A DNA stretch of 64,000 bases from a virus (taxonomy: Duplodnaviria; Caudoviricetes), in the IMG/VR virus record IMGVR_UViG_3300029288_000174, positions 1,263 through 65,262 of that record; one strand, written 5' to 3'. How positions within the stretch are numbered: the first letter of the stretch is position 1; every line of letters starts with the position of its first letter. Under the pieces are notes generated by a model that was given only the letters and a program-made list of their open reading frames with translations, did no database searches and was not told where the DNA came from. Of the stretch, positions 55,542 through 63,663 are shown one piece after another. The position numbers were made by a program, and so were the translations under genes.

Positions 55542-55861
55542 TATGCAGCCCTCCAAACCTTGACCGTCTTGCCGGCCCTCGTCTTCGTCGTCCCGCCCGT
55601 CCAGACGATGGCGCCAAGGCGATGCAGTTGCGTGCAGGCGTGCTCGATGGTCGATTCAGGGTAGCGACACTTGAGCAGCCACACGACGGCAGGAACGGCC
55701 AGGGATCCGCAGCGGGAGCATTTCAGTTGCCGGAAGATTCCGAGAACTGCCCTGGCCGCTGGGCTGCGTCGAACAAATCGGCTTAGCTCCGTGCTCCCTG
55801 CCATGATGATCCTTTTCGGTCCTTCAGTCTCGTGTGGGCAATTCGTGATATTCCAAGCCAT
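55541..55861 (-). CDS. Hypothetical basic (winged-helix-like) protein
   Basis: YPESTIEHACTQL...GAIVWTG.T.KTRAG..V.VW. Confidence 0.5.
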   Translation of the reverse strand: MAWNITNCPHETEGPKRIIMAGSTELSRFVRRSPAARAVLGIFRQLKCSRCGSLAVPAVVWLLKCRYPESTIEHACTQLHRLGAIVWTGGTTKTRAGKTVKVWRAA

Positions 55862-56645
55862 CGAGTACGCAGCCGGCGGCCTTCTTGCCGATCTTGCTCA
55901 TGCCTGGGAACGCACCAAATGAGTCGGCGTCCGCCGTCTCCGGCGCGAACTCCCCCCATTGCTTAAACCACCACGGTACGCCAGCCGCTTGACACTGATC
56001 GCGGACCGAGCGGACCCAATCCGGGTGCATCGGCCGTGCGCCGGGACCGGACTCGCCGCCGACAACGACCCAGTCAATTTCGGGTCTGAAACCGGAGCGC
56101 TCTGTCCCGCCCTCCTTCATGCGTGCGCACTGGAGCCAATCGCAGTTTCTCAGAAGGTCCACCGGACCAAGCATCGGCTCCACGCTCAGCCATCGCACGG
56201 CGGCCAGGCATTTCAGCAGCCCGGGAATGCGATCGTCGGCGGCTCGCTGATCCTCGACAGACACGCCGAGCCACACGTTATGCGGCAACGGATTGCGTAT
56301 TGCCAGATACGCCGCCAGCAGCTTTGGCCGCTTTGTCAGCAGCAAAAACGTGTGCCTTTGTGCCGAGCGCATTGCTCGAACCACAGCGTCGAGCCAGTGT
56401 ATCGGTGCCAGCGCGATATCACCCATAAACGAAACAGCGACCCGTTGCGGCCTCCGCCACTTCTCCGGTTCCCCTAGCCGATCCGGGTGGAACGTCGGCG
56501 TGAATGGAGCGTCCGCGTCGTATCCGTTGCGGCCACGCTGCCGATTGGCCATGCGGCGTGCCCAGCAGCGGTCCCAGCATTGCAGGCCGGAAATGCATCC
56601 TGTGATCGGGTTCCATTGGCGGTCGCAGTATTCGATCTTACCCAC
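55824..56645 (-). CDS. DUF5131 (phage Gp37/Gp68) family protein
   Basis: KIEYCDRQWNPITGC....C...CWA, LLLTKRP, VWLGVSVE, WLSVEPMLGP, IDWVVVGGESGPGARPM, FKQWG. Confidence 0.92.
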   Translation of the reverse strand: MGKIEYCDRQWNPITGCISGLQCWDRCWARRMANRQRGRNGYDADAPFTPTFHPDRLGEPEKWRRPQRVAVSFMGDIALAPIHWLDAVVRAMRSAQRHTFLLLTKRPKLLAAYLAIRNPLPHNVWLGVSVEDQRAADDRIPGLLKCLAAVRWLSVEPMLGPVDLLRNCDWLQCARMKEGGTERSGFRPEIDWVVVGGESGPGARPMHPDWVRSVRDQCQAAGVPWWFKQWGEFAPETADADSFGAFPGMSKIGKKAAGCVLDGLEYHELPTRD

Positions 56646-56646
56646 G

Positions 56647-56877
56647 TCAACCGACCTCCTCTTCGGTAACAGCAGTGCATCCGTTACGGTGCGCGAAGGC
56701 GGCTAGGTCGGCTTCAGCCTCGACGCGAGTGGAGCACATCGGAAGACTCTTCGAGACCAGCCGCTTTAAGGACCCAAACGGTTTTCTGTAGAATGTTCCA
56801 AACGCCTTGCCGCTAGAAATTCCATCCGAAACGAAAAGACGACGGCCCTGTCTATCGACACATGCAAATGATTTCAC
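56647..56877 (-). CDS. Hypothetical protein
   Basis: Coupled small gene. Confidence 0.5.
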   Translation of the reverse strand: MKSFACVDRQGRRLFVSDGISSGKAFGTFYRKPFGSLKRLVSKSLPMCSTRVEAEADLAAFAHRNGCTAVTEEEVG

Positions 56878-57068
56878 CTTCTCACCGCCTTTCTTTTCTC
56901 CCGCCTCTCAGCCCGCTCTGCATGACGTGCCGGATCGCCGTAGCCGGTGATCCCGTCATCCACGCCGTCAAACTCCCGCCGGCAGCCGCCGCAGTAGTAG
57001 TGGCGATGGCCGACCATGCGGACGTGTTTGGCGTGGCCGCACCAGGGGCATTTCGGAACGTCGTTCAT
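56874..57068 (-). CDS. Zinc-ribbon protein
   Basis: CPWCG...YYCGGC. Confidence 0.6.
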   Translation of the reverse strand: MNDVPKCPWCGHAKHVRMVGHRHYYCGGCRREFDGVDDGITGYGDPARHAERAERREKRKAVRR

Positions 57069-57216
57069 TGGCCGTCCTCGCTTTTGAAAAGCATCGTGGC
57101 GACAGGGGGCGCTTTATAGGCCGGTTTGCACCGAATGGCGTTATGGGCAGATTCGGGCACTTCAGCGACCACATCGAATGAACCGACCCGTCGCGGACGA
57201 TGATTCCTTTCTTTGG

Positions 57217-58275
57217 CTACATTCCTGATTCCGTTGCCGAGGGGCCGCCATTGTCCACCAGCGACTTCTGCTTCGCGTTGCTGCGATCGCCTCTAGAACC
57301 GCGAACAGCCGCCTCGCGCATCTCGACGGCGTTGACGATCGCTTGCTGGGCGTCGGCACTAAGCGTCTGTGGGATCGTTCTCCGGGCCTCGGCCAAATCC
57401 GCAAGAAAATTCAACGTGCCGATTTCTTCTTTCCATTGGGCGACCGTGGCGGATTCCGAGTCCGAGAGGACAGGCGCCGCCTCCGACTCTTGCGGCTTCT
57501 TCGTCTCTGTTTTGCTGGGCTGCTGCGTCTCGGCCTTCGCCTTGCTTGGGCCTTCGAGCTGCGGAGCTTGCTCAGACGTAGTATCGATCGCGGCACGCCC
57601 GTTCCAGCGAAAGCCACCCCACTCCTCAAACGATGCCTCGCCGCCGAGCTCCTCGGGGAAGGCAGAGCGCAAAGCGGCTGCCTCGGCACACTTGTCGATC
57701 ATTCCGATCGGACGATCGGTCCACATTGTGTTTGGACAGCCGTTGCGCTTGCAGGCGTAGGTTTCGAGCCAGTATACTTTTGGTCCAGGAAACGCACACC
57801 GATTTCCCTGTACAAGCCTATAGACCGTCATCTGCGCCCATTCTGGAAATTCAACCTCGACCGTCCCGTGACTCTTTCCGCTCTTGTCGGTGTCCTCCCA
57901 TGACTTTCTAATCATCGGGCCATGCGCCACTTCGTCGTGGCCGGCGTAGCTCCCCGTTCGCGCGGCCGTGGTTCGGTATTCGGCGATTCCTGGCCAAACC
58001 GTCTCGACCTCGCAGCCTCGCTCCTTGTCCCAGATCGGAACAATGTGGACCGTCTTCTTGAAGGGGTCAAGGTTGCGTGCCTTGCAGTAGGCTAGCGCGA
58101 GGATCACAGCGCCTACCGATCGGGCGGCAGGAAACGTGGACTCAACGAGTGCTCGCCACTCGGCCTGATCCACGCCGAACCGCTCCTTGAGTCCGGGATG
58201 GTAGGGAAGTCTCGGGCCAGCGATTGCCGGGACGTTTGTTTTTTGGGCTGGTTGAAGTGCTGTGTCAGTGCTCAT
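57217..58275 (-). CDS. bet: Single-strand annealing recombinase (Bet/Red-beta-like)
   Basis: LAYCKARNLDPFKKTVHIVPIW, WTDRP..M..KCAEAAALR.AFPE. Confidence 0.88.
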   Translation of the reverse strand: MSTDTALQPAQKTNVPAIAGPRLPYHPGLKERFGVDQAEWRALVESTFPAARSVGAVILALAYCKARNLDPFKKTVHIVPIWDKERGCEVETVWPGIAEYRTTAARTGSYAGHDEVAHGPMIRKSWEDTDKSGKSHGTVEVEFPEWAQMTVYRLVQGNRCAFPGPKVYWLETYACKRNGCPNTMWTDRPIGMIDKCAEAAALRSAFPEELGGEASFEEWGGFRWNGRAAIDTTSEQAPQLEGPSKAKAETQQPSKTETKKPQESEAAPVLSDSESATVAQWKEEIGTLNFLADLAEARRTIPQTLSADAQQAIVNAVEMREAAVRGSRGDRSNAKQKSLVDNGGPSATESGM

Positions 58276-58296
58276 TGTGCTGTTCCTTGATTGTGA

Positions 58297-59193
58297 TTAC
58301 TCGTAATCGTTAAACTCCGAAAACGGCTGCGACATCGGAAGTCCGAGCGGGTCATCTGTCCATGCCCATTTTGGCAATGACACGGTGTTGAGTTTTCCAA
58401 ACCGGCCACCGTGCCAATTGCCGCACGCCAGGCGAGACTGCAATTCGATCAACGCAACGCGGTTGTGTCGTTTCCCTAGCTCTATATCCAGTTCCGGCAA
58501 CGTCCACGCCACCGCGTTGTATGGCGGCTTGTTGCGGACAAAAACAAAAACAAAATTCAGCGGGCGCTCACCGAACAACAACGTCGCCGCATCCATATAC
58601 GCCGCCGCCTGCTGGTGGTAGCCAAAACTGAAAATCTTCGAGGCAATCTCACGCTCGTCTGTCACGTCGGCCGACGTGCATTTGATGTCGGCAATCTGAT
58701 ATCCGCCGTCAAACCGACATAGCTTGTCGATTCGGCACCGCAACGGAAGCCCTGTTTCTTCGTCCGTCCAAACGATCGTATGCTCGGTTTCCCCTTCCGC
58801 CTCCATCAGCGACCGAACGACCGGGTCTTCCAATCCGCGATCGAGCATATCGCGGATCCTCAGAGAATCCTTTTCGAGAATGCCGTGATCTTCGGGGTGT
58901 TCCTCGCACCACGCTTCCCAGCTCCTCCCGCGCCGCTGTCCGTTCGACGTTAGCGCTGTGTACGGAATAATCAAAAGCTCTTTCTTTTCGAGCCAGACGC
59001 CGTGTAGCTGCGTTCCAAGCTCCATGTCCTCCGTGGCCTTGAACTTCCACCGCTTTTCAATGTCCGGCTCGATGTACATCCCATAGAACAGTTCCGGGTG
59101 GTCGGGCAGAAGTTTCCACTGGCTTTGGCTCCACTCCGGGCGGGCGTGGTATTCGGCGGCCTGGCAGTCGATGTGGATTGCGTTTGCGCTCAT
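58297..59193 (-). CDS. PD-(D/E)XK exonuclease (RecE/ExoVIII-like)
   Basis: EYHA...SQSQWK, LGT.LH, EHTIVWTD..TGLPLRCRIDKL, IADIK, YHQQAAAY. Confidence 0.88.
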   Translation of the reverse strand: MSANAIHIDCQAAEYHARPEWSQSQWKLLPDHPELFYGMYIEPDIEKRWKFKATEDMELGTQLHGVWLEKKELLIIPYTALTSNGQRRGRSWEAWCEEHPEDHGILEKDSLRIRDMLDRGLEDPVVRSLMEAEGETEHTIVWTDEETGLPLRCRIDKLCRFDGGYQIADIKCTSADVTDEREIASKIFSFGYHQQAAAYMDAATLLFGERPLNFVFVFVRNKPPYNAVAWTLPELDIELGKRHNRVALIELQSRLACGNWHGGRFGKLNTVSLPKWAWTDDPLGLPMSQPFSEFNDYE

Positions 59194-60725
59194 GCTGTCG
59201 CCCCCGCATACAATCGCTTATAGTCGTTGGCCGGCTCGTACGGCACGGCTTCGAGCTCGTCCCCGACGGACTCCGCTGTGTACACCGCAACCCCCAACTC
59301 GACGGCAAGATCATGGATCGCGGCACGATTCGCCACGTCCATGCCCTCCCAACACTCCTGGCAAACGCTAATGATGGCAGTAGCGCCCGGGTTGGTTTGG
59401 CGAATGCGCTTGATGATTTCCTCCATCGCCAATCGCCAACGAGTTCCAACCGAACGTTCTGCGAGGTACACCTCTCCTCGCGTTGGGTGTTGCGTTATCA
59501 GTCGGCCTGCACGCACCTTCATGGTGTCGCTGTTGACTGCATCAGAAAGCACCTCGTCGGTGGATCGTGCCGCCTCCCGAAGAGATTCGGCCGCTTCCTG
59601 GTGTTTTGCCGCAGCTTTGGCAAGTTCCTTTGCCTCCGATGCTCTCTCTTTGGCGGCGCGAACGACGGCGGCCTGTTCTACGTCTTGCCGGCATTGCGTC
59701 ACGCGGAATCCAGCGCCGGCAATGGCGGTTTCGCTCGGGCATTCTACCGACTCTGCGGCGGCGATGGTTTCCTGCCAGCCGATTAGCGAGCTTGCGTGAG
59801 CCTTCACTCGCTCAAGGGCACTTTCGGCCGCGTTGAGTTTTTGGATTGCCGCACGCAAAGATTCTTGCGCCAGTCGCAATTGGTCCTCGACATCCGATAC
59901 TCGTTGCTGCGCGTCTTTGTAGCCGCGTATGGCCATTTCAAGCGCCACTTCAGCAGCGAGAACGTCTGGCGCGTTTGGTTCCCTTGCCATTCGCTCCGAG
60001 GCGTCGGCTGCTGCCGCCTTTGCTTTCTTCGCTGCCGCCGCTTTGGCTTCGATAGTTCCCTGGGCATAAATTGCATCTTCGAGTTTTGCTTGCAGTGTTG
60101 CGCAATCCGTTTCAATATCTAGGTCGATGCCTTCCGTGGCAGCCTTACATGCCGCCGCCTTGGCGAGAATCTTTTCGGCCTGCTCTGCCTGCTTGCGAGA
60201 CAACGCCTCAAAATCCCGCTTGGCTCTCGACGCCATTTCCACGAGGTCGTCGGACTTTTCTGTGTCAACGGAAAACACATCCGACGCATTCCAGCCGGAC
60301 GGGACGAGGGGCGTAAACAATGCTAAATCGGCCTTTGCGCCGGTCAATTGCAGCAGCGCCTTGATGCGTGCCCTGTCTGCTGCGACGGGGTCTTTGAGCG
60401 GCGGGGAAACGAGGTCGAGTATCGATGGCTTGCCTTCCAGCGACACGGCTTCGAGTTCGCCAGTGCGCCGCATGGACTGCCTCAGGTTGACGGTAATCCC
60501 CAGCCCTTGGATGGAGCCGGCCGCGGTTCCGTCGCGTTTGGTTAGGTTTGCTGAGCCGCCAACGAGCTTCGATACCGCCTCGAGCGCCTGCGATTTTCCA
60601 GTATCGTTTGGCGCGCGAAAGACGATGATGCCAGGCTGCACGGGAATAGTCAGCTTGCGGATCGGGCCGGCGTCTTCGATGGTGATTGATTCCATTTGTG
60701 GTTGCTCCTTTGCGGTTTCGATCAT
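59190..60725 (-). CDS. SMC/Rad50-like P-loop ATPase with long coiled coil
   Basis: SITIEDAGPI, Walker A APNDTGKS, about 250-aa coiled coil, C-terminal ERSVGTRW / QECWEGMD. Confidence 0.75.
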   Translation of the reverse strand: MIETAKEQPQMESITIEDAGPIRKLTIPVQPGIIVFRAPNDTGKSQALEAVSKLVGGSANLTKRDGTAAGSIQGLGITVNLRQSMRRTGELEAVSLEGKPSILDLVSPPLKDPVAADRARIKALLQLTGAKADLALFTPLVPSGWNASDVFSVDTEKSDDLVEMASRAKRDFEALSRKQAEQAEKILAKAAACKAATEGIDLDIETDCATLQAKLEDAIYAQGTIEAKAAAAKKAKAAAADASERMAREPNAPDVLAAEVALEMAIRGYKDAQQRVSDVEDQLRLAQESLRAAIQKLNAAESALERVKAHASSLIGWQETIAAAESVECPSETAIAGAGFRVTQCRQDVEQAAVVRAAKERASEAKELAKAAAKHQEAAESLREAARSTDEVLSDAVNSDTMKVRAGRLITQHPTRGEVYLAERSVGTRWRLAMEEIIKRIRQTNPGATAIISVCQECWEGMDVANRAAIHDLAVELGVAVYTAESVGDELEAVPYEPANDYKRLYAGATA

Positions 60726-60910
60726 TGCGCACTCGATAAAATCAGTTGTGCCTCTTCCAAGATCGCCCGCTGCTTATTCACGTTGCAGAGCAACTCGTTG
60801 ATCAGCAGACTCAGGCGGCTTCCGCTTGCGTCGATCTCGGCCTGACGGGCAATCGCAGCCTGAACGATAAGGGGCGGCATTGCGCCGCATTGGGCTTCTT
60901 GGATTGTCAT
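60722..60910 (-). CDS. Hypothetical protein
   Basis: ATGA coupling. Confidence 0.5.
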   Translation of the reverse strand: MTIQEAQCGAMPPLIVQAAIARQAEIDASGSRLSLLINELLCNVNKQRAILEEAQLILSSAQ

Positions 60911-61227
60911 GGTTCGTTTGCTCTTTTCTCGACGGCCCTGCCAAGCCTCGATAATTCATCCTGCTCGATAATCTCGACCGCCTTCCCGATGTCCTCCACC
61001 GCCTGAGCCACCGGGCTTTTCGCGCGATGCTCAGGGGCGAGCGAAGCGGCAGAAATCTCATTCGTCACCCGATGGATTGCGCAGTAGACTTCCTCGCGGT
61101 GCACTGGCACCTTGCTGTCGGCGTCGATGCCGATTCGTACCTTGTCGCCGCGAATCTCGACAATCACGATGGAAATATCATCGTTGATGCGGATACGTTC
61201 GTTCTTCTTGCGGGAGAGCACTAACAT
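60907..61227 (-). CDS. csrA: Carbon storage regulator CsrA
   Basis: MLVLSRKKNERIRINDDISIVIVEIRGDKVRIGIDA...VPVHREEV. Confidence 0.93.
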   Translation of the reverse strand: MLVLSRKKNERIRINDDISIVIVEIRGDKVRIGIDADSKVPVHREEVYCAIHRVTNEISAASLAPEHRAKSPVAQAVEDIGKAVEIIEQDELSRLGRAVEKRANEP

Positions 61228-61254
61228 GGTTTGATCCTCCGTGAAAATGTGTTG

Positions 61255-61914
61255 TCATACCGCAACGAACTTTTCGTCTACGAGCGAGTACCAAGTGTCG
61301 GCCTTGATTCGCTTACCGTCGATTCTCTTTGTCCGAACGTCAACGCGACTCCACTTGTCTCCATCCAGCTTCCATTCCGCCAGCGTGAGCCAGCAGCCTA
61401 CAGCGCCTTTTGCTTTTCCTCCGATTCCAAGCGCGGCGGCGCAGCCCTCGGCGCCTAACTCATTTCCGACAATCGTGGCGGTGCCGTAATCGCCGACGGC
61501 AGTAGCAACAGCGAAAACGCCGGTGGCCTGAGCGCCAGCCCGGTCGCCGGTGGCCTGAGCGCCAGCCTGGTCGCCGGTGGCGGACTCTTTTGTTTCGCTA
61601 AAGTCCACCTTGTCGAGAATGAACTTGATTCCAGCGGCGATAATGCCGCGCAGATCAATTTCAGCAGAAATCTTTAATTGCCTGCATACACGCTTGCTAT
61701 CACTGTGGGTTTGATCCGACACACCGTCGGTCTCAACCTCTGCATAGCGCGAGTCGGCTGGCCGGTAGTAGGCAAAGACATCCAGCGGGTTTTCGCAGAA
61801 ATGAAATCCGCTGGCGCACAGGATGACATTGCCGTCGTGCTCGTATGTTCCTCCAACGGCGTATTGAAACTCATTGCATCGCAGATTATTGTCGAATCCC
61901 TTGTAGCCCTTCAT
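61255..61914 (-). CDS. DUF7666-like phage protein with 9-aa repeats
   Basis: GYKGFD..L.C..FQY.VG......LC.SGFHFCENPLDVF.YY; ATGDxAGAQ repeats. Confidence 0.8.
   Translation of the reverse strand: MKGYKGFDNNLRCNEFQYAVGGTYEHDGNVILCASGFHFCENPLDVFAYYRPADSRYAEVETDGVSDQTHSDSKRVCRQLKISAEIDLRGIIAAGIKFILDKVDFSETKESATGDQAGAQATGDRAGAQATGVFAVATAVGDYGTATIVGNELGAEGCAAALGIGGKAKGAVGCWLTLAEWKLDGDKWSRVDVRTKRIDGKRIKADTWYSLVDEKFVAV
61519..61581. repeat. 27-bp tandem repeat x2.3
   Basis: GCCGGTGGCCTGAGCGCCAGCC(C/T)GGTC. Confidence 0.8.
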
Positions 61915-61943
61915 GCGTCACCATCCCTTTCGACCGGGTTTAG

Positions 61944-61999
61944 AAAAAACCCGCCCGCTGCGTTCGTCCCGGTCGAATGGGGCGAATCGCAGGGGCGGG
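61944..61999 (-). terminator. Intrinsic terminator in the early leader
   Basis: About 20-bp GC-rich stem (61950-70 / 61979-99) followed by U6 on the minus strand. Confidence 0.75.
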
Positions 62000-62069
62000 C
62001 GTAGATCGCAAAGCACCCCGCGCCCGATCGCACGACCGGGGAAACGCGGGGGATGCTACTGTTAAGAGT

Positions 62070-62207
62070 GAGGCGGGCCGGAATTGCACCGGCTGGCTTC
62101 CAGCTTGGGGCACCATCGCCCTCTTCCCAGGTAAGGTTCTCTGGTGTTGCAACGCATCAAAGCCACTGAGTTGCCGTTGTGCGTGTCGCTGTCCACGCCG
62201 CCGCCTC
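62070..62207 (-). ncRNA. tRNA-like RNA with enlarged central domain
   Basis: 7-bp acceptor GAGGCGG/CCGCCTC, D-like arm GCGTG/CACGC, T-like arm GCCGG-TGCAATT-CCGGC, central 7-bp stem TGGCTTT/GAAGCCA. Confidence 0.65.
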
Positions 62208-62495
62208 GATGTGCCGGGGCTACGTCGGCATCGCCCCGGCTGTTGCCCTTGCGGGCCGCTCGCGTTGTAGCGGGCTGCATCCCCGTGCTCGCAGCTTTGA
62301 TTTGCGAACGGATCGGCCGACCAATCCGCCGTTAGTTCGGGTATCGCACGGATAGCCCCGAACGCCATGCCTTGGATCACGCACAGCCCTGATGGATTCG
62401 GTAGAAATGCCGGGACTCTCCCCGGCTGGTCACGTCTGTTGTCAACGGTCGCCGTGATATCCCGACGCCATGAGTACGCCTCGGTTTGCGTAAGG

Positions 62496-62545
62496 CCCGC
62501 GTTGCCGAATCGAACGGCGAATACGGCATCCGGTGCCGACGCGGG
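62496..62545 (-). ncRNA. Minimal 50-nt tRNA-like element (no anticodon arm)
   Basis: CCCGCGT/ACGCGGG acceptor, CGGCA-CCGGA-TGCCG hairpin, GCCG-TTCGATT-CGGC T-arm. Confidence 0.55.
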
Positions 62546-62659
62546 GAAAAACAAAAAGCACGCCGGCCGTCGGTTGAGACTCGCCAGAGTGGCCGACGGG
62601 CGCGACGTGCGTTGGTTGGTGAATGAGCGGAACATGGCGAGTCTCTCCCCTAAAGGTTT

Positions 62660-62806
62660 CTATCCTCGACGCCGAACTTGAACTAACGCCATCGGCCAGT
62701 CATGCTGGCACAACTCTTTCACGCGGTCGGCCGCGTAGAAATCATTGGCCGTGAAGTAGATGTTCCACGGCTCAAACGAGTGTCTGCGAAAGACAACTTC
62801 CCACAT
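62660..62806 (-). CDS. Small hypothetical protein (48 aa)
   Basis: AGGAG RBS before ATG 62806. Confidence 0.45.
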   Translation of the reverse strand: MWEVVFRRHSFEPWNIYFTANDFYAADRVKELCQHDWPMALVQVRRRG

Positions 62807-62835
62807 TGGCGAGTCTCCTGAAAAAGTGGTTGAGG

Positions 62836-63093
62836 CTATTTCTTGCTGGCCTTCTCGGCCGCCGCTACCTGCGTTGGGAATCGAGTTACGCCGATCGGCT
62901 TCCGGCCTCGGCACATCGCCCGCGACTCCGCTTCCTTCCAGTCCTTGATTCGCTGGAGCTTGATGAGCCGGGTGATGCAGCGATAGCACGGCTCGCAAAG
63001 CCCCCTGGCGTACTCCACTCCCTTAGAGGGGCAGTCGGGGTTAATGCAGCGGGCCGGGCGACGGGTCGGTTTCTTGGTTGGCTTGCGTTTCAT
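62836..63093 (-). CDS. Basic zinc-finger protein, first gene of the early operon
   Basis: CINPDC...YARGLCEPCY; Lys/Arg-rich. Confidence 0.65.
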   Translation of the reverse strand: MKRKPTKKPTRRPARCINPDCPSKGVEYARGLCEPCYRCITRLIKLQRIKDWKEAESRAMCRGRKPIGVTRFPTQVAAAEKASKK

Positions 63094-63322
63094 AATTCCG
63101 TCCGAATGTTCCTTTTGATGTCCGACACATGTCATAACATCGGATTCTATCAAAGTAAACTTGTGTGTCAATACATGTTCATACATCTGTTCGTACGCAA
63201 GCCCGACATTGGCGTCGTAAGTTCTTTGTAGGAAAACACTTGTTATCACTGGATTTTTTTTGTAAAATCAGGACTTGTGTTGGACTCACTCGGATATTGA
63301 CACCGCATGGGAGAAACTGCCG
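63094..63322. promoter_or_regulatory. Divergent AT-rich control region
   Basis: AC(A/T)TGT at 63127, 63159, 63173, 63238 and 63273. Confidence 0.5.
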
Positions 63323-63610
63323 ATGGCCGATGTCCATGTCACTAAAGGACTTCTGAATCACACGGCGTCTGTGCTGACTGAATCACTCAAGGCAATCCAG
63401 GAAGCCGAGTCCGAAATCCAGGCCCTTTTTGAAGATGGATCGTTTTGGCTGAAGAAAGGGCCTCCCGTTGATGATGCGTTGCCAACGCTCATTGATTTTG
63501 CAGCGTTGGTACAAGCCAGAGTGAAGGTCGCACAGACCGAGAGGTTGTTTGGAAGATCAGAAAAGAGCAAGCGAAACGAAAGACGCAGCAAGAAGGTACC
63601 CGTCAAGTGA
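63323..63610 (+). CDS. Hypothetical protein at the repressor position
   Basis: GGGAG RBS; helical, no HTH recognised. Confidence 0.55.
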   Translation: MADVHVTKGLLNHTASVLTESLKAIQEAESEIQALFEDGSFWLKKGPPVDDALPTLIDFAALVQARVKVAQTERLFGRSEKSKRNERRSKKVPVK

Positions 63611-63663
63611 CCGCGATTTTGGGTAAGTGAAGTTCGTCACCCGACCAATGAAGCGTGATTCTG

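Noticed and set aside
62408-62427. Third tRNA-like T-arm (GCCGGG-GAGAG-TCCCGGC on minus strand)
   Set aside because: Loop is not T-loop-like and no matching acceptor strand was found; treated as a plain hairpin
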